Shown: one piece after another, positions 1 to 9,232 of the stretch | How the letters are laid out: each line of letters opens with the position of its first letter | How positions within the stretch are numbered: position 1 is the first letter of the stretch | Source: Vibrio cholerae ATCC 14035 | GTDB lineage: Bacteria > Pseudomonadota > Gammaproteobacteria > Enterobacterales > Vibrionaceae | Reading direction: 5' to 3' | Assembly: GCF_000621645.1 (NCBI RefSeq) | Contig: NZ_JHXR01000009.1 | Location: 90,001-122,000, forward strand | DNA length: 32,000 nucleotides | Notes under the pieces: model-generated | Database searches by the model: none | The model's input: only the letters and a program-made list of their open reading frames with translations | What the model was told of the DNA's origin: nothing | Position numbers and translations under genes: made by a program

Positions 1-2361
1 GCGTTGCGGCTGACGCTGAGTATTACCACGACTGGCAGGACGGCCAGAGCCTTGTGGTTTACCGCCTGTCGCTGAACCCCGTTGGCCTTGCTGGCCACGG
101 TTTTGCTCACCGCGAGCAGGTTGGTTGCCCGCAGGTTTGTTCGCCGTTGGCTTACTGCCTGTCGGTTTACTGCCGGCAGGTTTGCCCTGATTGGATTTAT
201 TACCGCTGTTCGGACGACCTTGCCCGCCAGATTTGTTACCACGCAGCGCATCAAAGCCCGGTTGGCTATGCGTATGCTTGGTCGCAAAACGATTCGCGCC
301 ATGACGACCTGATTTGCGGCTTTGTGCTGGGGTGACTAGGTCTGAATCTTTTTCTGGGATCAGACACTCAGGGCGATCACCAATCAGATGACGTTTGCCC
401 ATCGCAATCAGTGCTTCACGAATCATCGGCCAGTTGGCAGGATCATGGTAGCGCAGTAGGGCTTTATGCAAGCGACGTTGCGCTTCACCTTTCGCCACTG
501 GCACCTTTTCCGGTTTCTTGTATTTCACGCGTTTCAGCGGGTTCACTTCTGCGTGATACATCGCGGTCGCATTACACATTGGCGATGGATAGAAGTTCTG
601 TACTTGGTCACAACGGTAGTTGTTGGATTTCAGCCACAGTGCGAGGTTGACCATGTCTTCATCTTCAGTCCCTGGGTGAGCGGCAATGAAGTAAGGGATC
701 AGATACTGTTTTTTACCTGCTTCAGCGCTGTATTTTTCAAACAGCTCTTTGAAGCGATCATAAGTACCCATGCCCGGTTTCATCATCATGCTCAGCGGGC
801 CTTTTTCCGTATGCTCAGGAGCAATCTTCAAATAGCCGCCGACGTGGTGAGTCACCAGCTCACGCACGTACTCAGGCGATTCAATCGCCAAGTCGTAACG
901 TACACCAGAAGCGATCACCACTTTCTTAATGCCCTCCACATCACGCGCTGCACGATACAGATCGATGGTGTGTTTGTGGTCGGTATTGAGCTTATGACAG
1001 ATACCCGGGAACACACAGCTTGGGCGACGACAGTTCGCTTCTGCTTTCGGATCCGAACAGCCGAGGCGGTACATGTTCGCTGTCGGGCCACCCAAGTCCG
1101 AAATCACACCGGTGAAGCCCGGCACTTTGTCACGGATTTCTTTCAGTTCATTGATGATCGACTCTTGTGAACGGTTCTGGATGATGCGTCCTTCGTGCTC
1201 AGTGATAGAGCAGAATGAACAGCCACCAAAACAGCCACGCATGATGTTGACCGAAGTTTTGATCATGTCGTACGCCGGAATTTTCGCATCGCCATATTTA
1301 GGGTGCGGAACACGGGCGTAGTACAGGCCAAACACGAAATCCATCTCTTCAGTGGTGAGCGGGATCGGTGCTTGGTTAACCCACAGTTCACGGTCACCAT
1401 GACGCTGCACCAGCGCACGGCCTGAATAAGGGTTGGTTTCTAAATGCAACACACGGCTGGCGTGCGCGTACAAAATACGGTCATTAACCAGCTTTTCAAA
1501 TGAAGGCAGACGCACCGCGGTGGTTTTCGCATCATGGCGTGATGGGCGAATGGTGATAGGTTGAGCTTCTTCTTTCTCATCACCTTTGGTCGCGCACTGG
1601 GTTTCCACTTCATACGGATTGCTTGGCACAAACGGTTTGTTTGGCTGATCAATGCGGGTTGAATCGATCACTTTAAAGTGCTCAGGAACCTGAGCCAGAT
1701 TCACTGCTGTACCGCGTACATCAATCATCTTGTTGATTGATTCGCCATTGGCTAAACGGTGAGCTACTTCAACCAGTGCGCGCTCGGCGTTACCGAATAG
1801 CAAAATATCGGCTTTGGCATCCAGCAGGATGGAGCGGCGAACTTTGTCTGACCAGTAATCGTAATGCGCGACACGACGCAGGCTGGCTTCAATACCACCA
1901 AGCACAATCGGCACATCTTTATAGGCTTCACGACAACGTTGTGAGTAAACCAATGAACAGCGATCAGGACGCATGCCGCCTTTATTGTTTGGGGTGTACG
2001 CATCGTCGTGACGAATTTTTTTATCCGCCGTGTAGCGGTTGATCATTGAGTCCATGTTACCGGCGGTTACACCGAAAAACAGGTTCGGTTTGCCAAGCGT
2101 CATAAAGGCGTCTTTAGTTTGCCATTCTGGCTGAGCAATGATCCCAACTCGGAAACCTTGTGCTTCAAGCAAGCGGCCGATGATCGCCATACCAAAGCTC
2201 GGGTGATCAACATAAGCATCGCCGGTCACGATAATCACATCACAGCTATCCCAGCCTAATTGATCCATTTCTTCACGACTGGTCGGTAAGAATGGCGCTG
2301 TGCCGAAACACTCGGCCCAGTATTTTTTGTAGTGGTGGATAGGGGTAACTTCGCTGTGCAT
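1..2361 (-). CDS. ygiQ: YgiQ-family (UPF0313) radical SAM protein; the 3' end runs off the window
   Basis: ATG at 2361-2359. Hand translation stays open on the minus strand to position 1 with no stop, which is why it is missing from the ORF track. It has a CxxxCxxC cluster motif ([12 protein letters not shown], about 1215-1250) and collinear similarity to E. coli YgiQ as I recall it. The last ~115 codons are Gly/Lys/Pro/Gln/Asn/Arg low complexity. Confidence 0.85.
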   Translation of the reverse strand, partial: MHSEVTPIHHYKKYWAECFGTAPFLPTSREEMDQLGWDSCDVIIVTGDAYVDHPSFGMAIIGRLLEAQGFRVGIIAQPEWQTKDAFMTLGKPNLFFGVTAGNMDSMINRYTADKKIRHDDAYTPNNKGGMRPDRCSLVYSQRCREAYKDVPIVLGGIEASLRRVAHYDYWSDKVRRSILLDAKADILLFGNAERALVEVAHRLANGESINKMIDVRGTAVNLAQVPEHFKVIDSTRIDQPNKPFVPSNPYEVETQCATKGDEKEEAQPITIRPSRHDAKTTAVRLPSFEKLVNDRILYAHASRVLHLETNPYSGRALVQRHGDRELWVNQAPIPLTTEEMDFVFGLYYARVPHPKYGDAKIPAYDMIKTSVNIMRGCFGGCSFCSITEHEGRIIQNRSQESIINELKEIRDKVPGFTGVISDLGGPTANMYRLGCSDPKAEANCRRPSCVFPGICHKLNTDHKHTIDLYRAARDVEGIKKVVIASGVRYDLAIESPEYVRELVTHHVGGYLKIAPEHTEKGPLSMMMKPGMGTYDRFKELFEKYSAEAGKKQYLIPYFIAAHPGTEDEDMVNLALWLKSNNYRCDQVQNFYPSPMCNATAMYHAEVNPLKRVKYKKPEKVPVAKGEAQRRLHKALLRYHDPANWPMIREALIAMGKRHLIGDRPECLIPEKDSDLVTPAQSRKSGRHGANRFATKHTHSQPGFDALRGNKSGGQGRPNSGNKSNQGKPAGSKPTGSKPTANKPAGNQPARGEQNRGQQGQRGSATGGKPQGSGRPASRGNTQRQPQR

Positions 2362-2445
2362 ATTTTGGCCTCAAGATTAAGAGGGCGGCATTATAGCGGC
2401 TTGCAAGGCCAGTATCTACCGTAACATTGCCCCGATTTTGCTAAG

Positions 2446-2477
2446 GGATTATTTCACTCTTACTTGCGAAATAATCC
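2446..2477. promoter_or_regulatory. Perfect 10-bp inverted repeat GGATTATTTC-N12-GAAATAATCC in the ygiQ<>EAL divergent spacer
   Basis: Arms at 2446-2455 and 2468-2477 are exact reverse complements. No U-tract follows on either strand. Confidence 0.35.
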
Positions 2478-2640
2478 ATGAAAGGAATCAAGGCCTAAAA
2501 GAAAAGTAGGCAAGTTAATGTTTAGTTACTAATACTTTAGTTAGGGATAAGTTAACGTTATGCGTCAAAGTTCATTGTATGGGGTGACAAGCTATTCTAA
2601 GGTGGTCACAGAATCAACATCATCAGTTTAGGGATACCGG

Positions 2641-5097
2641 ATGAGTGTGAATGTATCAACCGTACAACCACAAAGTATCGGCTTACAAACTCGTTATGCA
2701 CCACTCGATTGGTGTTACCAGTTAGCCAGTCAGCATATGGATTACGATGTTGTGATGTGGCAGTCACTGGTGGGAAATTCTCGCTCGATTACCAAGCCCG
2801 ACGATTTTCTTGAGTACTTGCCTTTGACTCAGCGCGAGCATGCCGCGGGCTTTTTCGTACAAGCAGATTCAGCGCCACAGAGTCTCAATACCTTATTGGT
2901 GAGCGCCGAAAAGCTGGTGGCCTTAGTCGCGTTTTCGGTTGACGAAGTGAGTAGCCAGCTTGTTCGAGGGACGATTACGCCATTACTGATTTTCCATTCT
3001 GGCATGGAATCCGCCTTTGCATTTGATGCTTTATTTGATAATGACCATCATGGGGTTGTGATTACCGATGATCAAACGCGAATTTTGGCGTGCAATCGTT
3101 ATTTTGAGCAGCAAACGGGATATCAACAAAATGAGCTACTGGGGTTAAAAACCAGTATGTTCAATTCGGGCAAACATTCGCAGCATTTCTATGTGGATAT
3201 GTGGCAGCAATTGCGTGAGCAAGGCGGCTGGAGCGGCACGATTTTATCTCAGCGCGCTTCTGGTGACGTCTGGCCACAAGACCTGTCCATTAAACGTTTA
3301 AGTCCTCAGAAAGGGCAGATCTTTTATATCGGTTTTACCACGGATCTGGCACCGCATTTGGATCGCGTACTGGATAAGCAAGCGGGCGATGTCGAATTGC
3401 TGACACAATTACCGACGCTGTCTAAATTCAGTGATCAGTTGAAACAGCGTTTACCTAAGTATCAAACCACCACTGGATTTGTGTTGGCGATACAGCCTAA
3501 ATTCAGCAGCGATAAATACTATGCGCAGATCCGCCGGCTGGCTGCCAGTTTGGCGCAGAACCGGCAAGTGCAACTGTGTGGTTATCACGGTGAAGGGATT
3601 TTTCTGTGTCAGTTGGATGCGGAGAAAAACCTAGAAGCTCAGCCTTTGGTAGGGTTACAGCGCACTTTACGCCAGTTTTTTATTGAGTTACGACAACGAG
3701 GTGGGCAGGAAGCTCATCAAGCCGTTGCTAAGGGGCGTTTAGGGGTTTCGGTGTTAAATGTGGATACCGATAAAATAGAGCGCCTCGTTCCCCATGCCAT
3801 CCAAGCCATGTTGGAGCACCACGCGGGGGAAACTCGACATATCAACTTTTATGATCGCGCAATCCATCAGCAGATTGAGCGTCGTAAAACACTGGAAAAA
3901 TGGGTGCAGAAATGGATAGCAAATGGCGATGTCGAAGTGTTTTATCAGCCCATTGTGGATAGCCAGAGTTGGTCTGTGGTGAAGTTTGAGGCGCTGTGCC
4001 GTTTTCAAGCTCCTGAGATTTTGCATGCATCAACGCAAGAGTTAATTTCGATAGCCGAAGAGCTGGGGCTGATCAATCAGTTGGATGAGTTGATTGGCGG
4101 CAAAGCCTTAAAGGATCTGCCTAAAATTCACGCCTTATTTGGTCACCATGTGGGAGTCAGCATCAATCGTTCGTTAAACAGCGACTTGAGTGCTGAGCAG
4201 ATTTTACAAAGCGTGGTTGACATGCTCGCTGAAACGCCGACTTTGGCGAAAAATATCACGGTGGAGTTAACGGAAACGGCTTACTTTGACTCTCAATCAC
4301 AGGGAGGCGAAGTGCTGCAGCATTTACGAAATCGTGGCGTCACTGTTGCGATTGATGATTTTGGAACGGGCTTTTCTTCGTTCTCTTACCTCACGGAGTG
4401 TCAGTTTGATTATTTGAAAATCGATCGAGAGTTTGTGACCAATATCGAAGTGGGGTCACGCCGCTATGCCATCGTAAAAATGATGACCGATCTTGCCCAT
4501 ACTTTGGGTGTTAAGGTTGTCGCCGAAGGGGTAGAGACTGAGCATGAAGTGTATGTCCTCAAGTCGCTGGGGGTAGATCTATTACAGGGATTCTTTTTCG
4601 CCAAGCCTTTGCCACTGAGTAACCTTATTCATGCCTCGGATTATCGTAAACATCTTAAGCTGACCAACCGTGAAGCCGATAAGCAATCAAGCGAAATTAC
4701 AACACTGCAAAGTTTAGCGTTTTTCACTCAATATCGGCTCGACCCAGGAGATCCACTCTCGTTGGCGGTGGAATACTTTAACGCGGTGCAGTCCGATGTT
4801 TTACCGGTCGTTACGGCTGGAGAATGTGTCGGCTTGGTGGATAGAGCCGCGTTGAATTTACACCTCACGCCGACGATGGGCACTGAATTGGAAACGGCAC
4901 GTGAAGCCGCTATTTGGCGCAAACCCGTCAATCAAATCATGCGCACGCCGCAAGTCAAACTGGCTCATGATACAGACCTCAAGCTATTAGCCTCGTTGCT
5001 CAAAACTAATCCACCGCCACCTTGGGTTTTAGTCGAGGGTAATAAATACAAAGGGATTGTGACTGCGCCGCGTCTGCTCGCTTATTTAGCGAGTTGA
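2641..5097 (+). CDS. c-di-GMP phosphodiesterase-type signalling protein: unknown N-terminal region, PAS, degenerate GGDEF, EAL, C-terminal CBS-pair-like region
   Basis: 818-aa ORF with ATG at 2641. EAL motifs are present (KFEALCRF, ELTE, DDFGTGFSSFSYL, KIDREF, EGVETE, QGFFF). The GGDEF signature position reads HGEGI. A PAS-like segment spans about aa 133-230. The C-terminal ~130 aa has two CBS-like units (PVVTAGECVGLVDRAAL and WVLVEGNKYKGIVTAPRLL). Confidence 0.85.
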   Translation: MSVNVSTVQPQSIGLQTRYAPLDWCYQLASQHMDYDVVMWQSLVGNSRSITKPDDFLEYLPLTQREHAAGFFVQADSAPQSLNTLLVSAEKLVALVAFSVDEVSSQLVRGTITPLLIFHSGMESAFAFDALFDNDHHGVVITDDQTRILACNRYFEQQTGYQQNELLGLKTSMFNSGKHSQHFYVDMWQQLREQGGWSGTILSQRASGDVWPQDLSIKRLSPQKGQIFYIGFTTDLAPHLDRVLDKQAGDVELLTQLPTLSKFSDQLKQRLPKYQTTTGFVLAIQPKFSSDKYYAQIRRLAASLAQNRQVQLCGYHGEGIFLCQLDAEKNLEAQPLVGLQRTLRQFFIELRQRGGQEAHQAVAKGRLGVSVLNVDTDKIERLVPHAIQAMLEHHAGETRHINFYDRAIHQQIERRKTLEKWVQKWIANGDVEVFYQPIVDSQSWSVVKFEALCRFQAPEILHASTQELISIAEELGLINQLDELIGGKALKDLPKIHALFGHHVGVSINRSLNSDLSAEQILQSVVDMLAETPTLAKNITVELTETAYFDSQSQGGEVLQHLRNRGVTVAIDDFGTGFSSFSYLTECQFDYLKIDREFVTNIEVGSRRYAIVKMMTDLAHTLGVKVVAEGVETEHEVYVLKSLGVDLLQGFFFAKPLPLSNLIHASDYRKHLKLTNREADKQSSEITTLQSLAFFTQYRLDPGDPLSLAVEYFNAVQSDVLPVVTAGECVGLVDRAALNLHLTPTMGTELETAREAAIWRKPVNQIMRTPQVKLAHDTDLKLLASLLKTNPPPPWVLVEGNKYKGIVTAPRLLAYLAS

Positions 5098-5148
5098 TAC
5101 AGTCAGCAAGGCTGAGAGGAAATATCGGTTCTCCAAAACGCCACTCAT

Positions 5149-5176
5149 AAAAAAGCCCGCTTGGCGGGCTTGGTTT
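5149..5176. terminator. Bidirectional terminator between the convergent EAL gene and M16 protease gene
   Basis: AGCCCGC, loop TTG, GCGGGCT is flanked by AAAAAA on the left (a U-tract for the minus strand) and TGGTTT on the right. Confidence 0.7.
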
Positions 5177-5230
5177 AGGTTGAATAATGAGTGTTGTACG
5201 AATTATTGATTCGATGAGTGCGCTCAGCGC

Positions 5231-7999
5231 TTAGCCTTTAGGATTAGCCTTAGGTGTCATGATCAGCTCTTGTGACATAGTATCTTTGCCAAATAACGTT
5301 TGAGCACGTTGGTTGATGTCATCCAGAGTGATGGATTTCGTCAGCTCCTCAACCTTGTAGATGGTCTCAACGCCATAGTGATGAATCGCATAACGCAACA
5401 TGAAGTAAGCTTGCTGCTCCGGTGATTTGTTGAGCGGTTTCATATCAATCAAGAACTTCTGTTTCACCACATCCAACTCTTGCTGTGTGACACCTTGAGC
5501 CAGCTCACGCGCGACCTCATGCATCACTTTGGCCACTTGTGGTTCACTTTTGGGGTCGACTAAAGCTGACAATACCCAATCATTGAGAATGTCTCCATCG
5601 ACCACGTATGGGATCACTTGTGGCGTGTAGTCTAAACCTTGATGCTCGCGAACTTCAGCCAGTAAACGCTGAGTCGCAATACGCTGCAACATATCATCGA
5701 TAAAGACGGTTTTTGCGGTACGCGGCTGCGTTTCAGATATCAGGCGCAGGGAATACTGGGTCGAGTTTTCATTGTTAAGTGCTAACTCTAAGCGTGGCGC
5801 AACCGGTTTGATCAACTGGCTGGTCATAGGGGAAAGCGTTCCCTTGCTCAAAGGTATACTTGCTACGTACTGACGCAACATCGGGGTTATTTGAGACCGC
5901 TCAATATCACCGACGATGACCAGCGTATTATTGCGTCCTTCACTGAAGAGACGCTGATGAACCTGCTCAATTTGCTGTGCCGTGACTTGAGCAATCTGCT
6001 CTGGAGTACGAATTCTGTAGGGACTTGTTTCGATAAAGCTTTGGTTGGTCACCGTACGGAAGAAAGCGCCAATAGGGGAATCAAAGTACGCACTACGATT
6101 TTGAGTAAATTCGGTTTTCACTGAATTGAGCTGATCAGGGCTGACTTTGACTTGAGTTGACAATAAATGGAGTATTTCCAACAGCTCAGGTAACTCTTGC
6201 GCTTTACTATTGGCTTCGAAACCATGACTGGTCGATGCAATATAGCTATAGAAACCAATGTCTTTCTGACGAAGGTAGCGATCAAACTGAGAGCCGTTCA
6301 ACGTATCGAGGCCACTTCGTGTCTGTACTGCAGTAGCAATCTCGGCTGCAGGGAGTAGGTCTGCAGGTAACGCGAATTGGCCACCCGAACTGGCGTATTG
6401 AACAAAGACGCGATCTTTGGCTTCAATATTGCGCAGATAATAGACATCAATACCGTTATCAAGCTGCCAATAAGTCACCTGTGGATCGTCATTGATATCG
6501 AGTTGTTTCACCACTTCGCCCGCAGTAAATTGCTGGGTGAATGGGCTATCGATTTGTTGATCGATAGGCTGATTGCCAGGTTGCGCTAGGTCGTTACGCC
6601 ATTGTGGCAAGGCTTTGTTCAACGCTTGCGCATCTTCAGTGGCCGCAACGCCAACAACCCAGACAGGGTTTTGGCTCAATTGCTGTTGGATATGACGATT
6701 GATCATTTCTGGTGTCGCGGAAGCAATAAACTCGCTCAAGCTCGCTTGGTAATCGAGCGTCGCTTGGATCGGTGTATCAAACACAATCGAGTAGACTTTT
6801 TGATTGGCATGGCTCGCTGGGGTTATGGCTTCGCGATCTTCTTGCAAAAAGGTTAAGTGCTCACGATAACCGCGCAAAATGATATCCAACTCATTTTTGG
6901 TCACCCCGTAATCACGCATTGAAGCGAGGGTTTCCAGCAACAAGGCTTGCACTTTCTCTCGTTGTTCGGCCGCAAACCCGACGCTAATGAGAGTGTAACG
7001 TTGACCTTCGATTTCATAATGGGTTGCGTAAATGCCGGTTATGGCCTGCGCTGCATCATTGAATGCCGCTACTAGGCGTGTGTGCAGGAGTTGTTCGCCG
7101 ACATCGTCGCGCCAAAACTCTTGCTGGCTGGCATAGTCTTTAATCGCTGCTGAGCCTTGGGGGAAGATCAAGGTTAGGCTAGGGGATTCACCTGCAGTCA
7201 CCGGAGCGACTAGGTCTTGGTTATTCAGGGCTTGGTGATAAATCGAAGCTGGCTTTTCGGTGGTGCCTTTCTTCCATGAGGAGAAATAGTTCTCAACCCA
7301 CTGTTGGCCTTGTTCAAGGGTAAAGTTACCAGTAATGACCAGTTCCGCTAATTGAGGTTGATACCACTGTTGGTAGAAGGCTTTCAAACTGTCTGGAGTG
7401 GCGGCTTGCACCAACTCGCGTGAACCGAGGGGATCGCGATCCGCGTAGGAGGTTCCTTGGATCTGGTGCAGATAAAACTGCTGCTCTAAGCTCATGTTTT
7501 CTGTGCGTGAGGCGCGAAACTCCCCCAAAATCACCCCTTTCTCTTTTTCGACTTCATCAGCGTCAAACGCTAAACCGTCAGCAATATCAGCAAACCACAA
7601 TAGCGCTTTATCGATATTTTGCGCATTAGGTAGGTCGAGCTGATAAACCGTGCGGTCGTAGCCGGTTAAAGCGTTAAAGTCCGCACCAAACTGGGCACCA
7701 CTTTGCTCAAACATACGAATCACATCATTGTGCTGATAATGGCGGGTTCCGTTAAATGCCATATGTTCGATGAAGTGAGCGTAACCCGCTTGCTGCGTGG
7801 TTTCTTGCATTGAACCTGCGTGAACGTACAAACGAATAGAGACTTCTTGTTCACTGTCTGGGTAGAGATGGTAAGTAAGGCCATTGGGCAGTGTTTGAGT
7901 AACCCAGCGTTGATCGGGTTGGAGTGCGCGGTTGGTTTGTTGTAAGGCGCAACCGGCGAACAGTATGCATAAAATGCTGACTAATAATCGAATTTTCAT
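5231..7999 (-). CDS. M16 (pitrilysin/insulinase) family zinc peptidase, two-module PqqL-like, probable lipoprotein
   Basis: 922-aa ORF with ATG at 7999. It has the inverted zincin motif HFIEHMAFNG. The N-terminus MKIRLLVSILCILFAGC carries a lipobox. The length fits a tandem M16 active plus inactive domain pair. Confidence 0.85.
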   Translation of the reverse strand: MKIRLLVSILCILFAGCALQQTNRALQPDQRWVTQTLPNGLTYHLYPDSEQEVSIRLYVHAGSMQETTQQAGYAHFIEHMAFNGTRHYQHNDVIRMFEQSGAQFGADFNALTGYDRTVYQLDLPNAQNIDKALLWFADIADGLAFDADEVEKEKGVILGEFRASRTENMSLEQQFYLHQIQGTSYADRDPLGSRELVQAATPDSLKAFYQQWYQPQLAELVITGNFTLEQGQQWVENYFSSWKKGTTEKPASIYHQALNNQDLVAPVTAGESPSLTLIFPQGSAAIKDYASQQEFWRDDVGEQLLHTRLVAAFNDAAQAITGIYATHYEIEGQRYTLISVGFAAEQREKVQALLLETLASMRDYGVTKNELDIILRGYREHLTFLQEDREAITPASHANQKVYSIVFDTPIQATLDYQASLSEFIASATPEMINRHIQQQLSQNPVWVVGVAATEDAQALNKALPQWRNDLAQPGNQPIDQQIDSPFTQQFTAGEVVKQLDINDDPQVTYWQLDNGIDVYYLRNIEAKDRVFVQYASSGGQFALPADLLPAAEIATAVQTRSGLDTLNGSQFDRYLRQKDIGFYSYIASTSHGFEANSKAQELPELLEILHLLSTQVKVSPDQLNSVKTEFTQNRSAYFDSPIGAFFRTVTNQSFIETSPYRIRTPEQIAQVTAQQIEQVHQRLFSEGRNNTLVIVGDIERSQITPMLRQYVASIPLSKGTLSPMTSQLIKPVAPRLELALNNENSTQYSLRLISETQPRTAKTVFIDDMLQRIATQRLLAEVREHQGLDYTPQVIPYVVDGDILNDWVLSALVDPKSEPQVAKVMHEVARELAQGVTQQELDVVKQKFLIDMKPLNKSPEQQAYFMLRYAIHHYGVETIYKVEELTKSITLDDINQRAQTLFGKDTMSQELIMTPKANPKG

Positions 8000-8010
8000 A
8001 TCATTCTCTA

Positions 8011-8035
8011 GTTATAGTTGGACGGAAACTATAAC
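8011..8035. promoter_or_regulatory. Perfect 9-bp inverted repeat GTTATAGTT-N7-AACTATAAC, 12 bp upstream of the M16 protease ATG
   Basis: Arms at 8011-8019 and 8027-8035 are exact reverse complements. It lies in the 5' leader or operator region of the protease gene. Confidence 0.4.
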
Positions 8036-8222
8036 GCATTGTGATGTTTTGTCGCTCCACTTTTGTTTGGCTTGCTGCACTTTTAGCCATTTTGCGATCT
8101 GGTCTGAGTAGTTCACACCACCGGAGTTTCATCCACAGAGGAAATTCGCGGCCGCTGCTTGGGGTTCTCGAAGGAGGTTTGCTATTATCTGCCACCTCGA
8201 CAGCTCTCTGATTTGGCAAACT

Positions 8223-8909
8223 ATGCTTTATTCTCTGATTTCCGTATTCGCACCTATGTTATTGGGCGCGCAAATCATTTTGACACTGGTGCTGGTCAAG
8301 GGGGAAATTTGCCCCGGACAGCGTGGTCGTATCCACAAAGTATTGCCTGCGTTAGCGGTGCTCTGGTTGGCCGTGGCGTCGATCAAAATTGAAGCGTTTC
8401 TGGTGGTGTTTGCTCTGTTTTACTTCTATTCGCAAGTGCAGACTAAAAAAACGCGTGAGGAAGGCCCGCTTTGGGTGATGTATTTAGCCAATGGTTTAGC
8501 ACTGGCTTACGTCGGGATTTTGATCAGCGAAGCGCCAGCATGGCCCGCATCGCTCACTATCTTTGCGGCGATTTTCCTGCTGGGTGCGATGTTCGGACAT
8601 TTGCTACTGACACTGGCTCGCTCACGCTTACAAGCCTTTCATCGAATCTTGCCTGTGGTAGGGATTGTATCTGCCATGCTCACTGCGTTATGCCTCTTGC
8701 CTTATGTTTCTGGTTTGAATGACGAGCAACTGCAAACACTATTGATGCCGATTCTGATGAGCTTTGGTTTGCTGATTGCAGGTGTCGTAGCGTGGTGCTG
8801 GCATTTGATCTCTGGCAAAACCGTCAATAAATGGCAGTTATTGCTCGCAGGGCTTTTGGTACTGGCATCCGCAACCGGATTCCACGGTTTGTACCAAATG
8901 CCGTTGTAG
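8223..8909 (+). CDS. Polytopic inner-membrane protein of unknown function (about 6-7 hydrophobic helices)
   Basis: 228-aa ORF with ATG at 8223. The sequence is strongly hydrophobic and periodic. I recognise no family. It is divergent from the protease gene. Confidence 0.55.
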   Translation: MLYSLISVFAPMLLGAQIILTLVLVKGEICPGQRGRIHKVLPALAVLWLAVASIKIEAFLVVFALFYFYSQVQTKKTREEGPLWVMYLANGLALAYVGILISEAPAWPASLTIFAAIFLLGAMFGHLLLTLARSRLQAFHRILPVVGIVSAMLTALCLLPYVSGLNDEQLQTLLMPILMSFGLLIAGVVAWCWHLISGKTVNKWQLLLAGLLVLASATGFHGLYQMPL

Positions 8910-9025
8910 CGCAGTGGAGTGAAGTGCGTCGCACAGATCACTTTTCGTTACCCAAATAGCGACTATGCTTGATGAAGTTGGGGAGCGGAAACGCTGAGTG
9001 AAAACATTCAATCAGGAGTGATGTG

Positions 9026-9226
9026 ATGGATCTGAGCAACGTACGAAACTTCGATAGCGTGATCTTGCTGGGCATCGTCAATGAAAAACTGCGTTTGGAA
9101 TGTGACAGTCTGGATGAGTTGATCAGCACTTATGAAATGGATATTGAGCATCTGGTCGGTAAGTTAGACGTACTGGGTTATCAATACGATCCTCTTACCA
9201 ACCAGTTCAAAGCTTATGCTCGGTAG
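9026..9226 (+). CDS. Small DUF4250-like protein (66 aa)
   Basis: ATG at 9026 lies 7 nt after AGGAG (9014-9018); the track ORF starts one codon earlier at a GTG. The pattern ILLGIVNEKLRLECDSLDELISTYEMD...L...GYQYDPLTNQF matches my memory of the DUF4250 family. Confidence 0.7.
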   Translation: MDLSNVRNFDSVILLGIVNEKLRLECDSLDELISTYEMDIEHLVGKLDVLGYQYDPLTNQFKAYAR

Positions 9227-9232
9227 TGATGC

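Noticed and set aside
466-1170. 234-aa plus-strand ORF, plus smaller ORFs at 54-335, 1073-1321 and 1737-2042
   Set aside because: They lie entirely antisense to or embedded in the well-supported ygiQ reading frame. The translations are His/Arg/Phe/Val-rich with no recognisable motif, which is typical of shadow ORFs.
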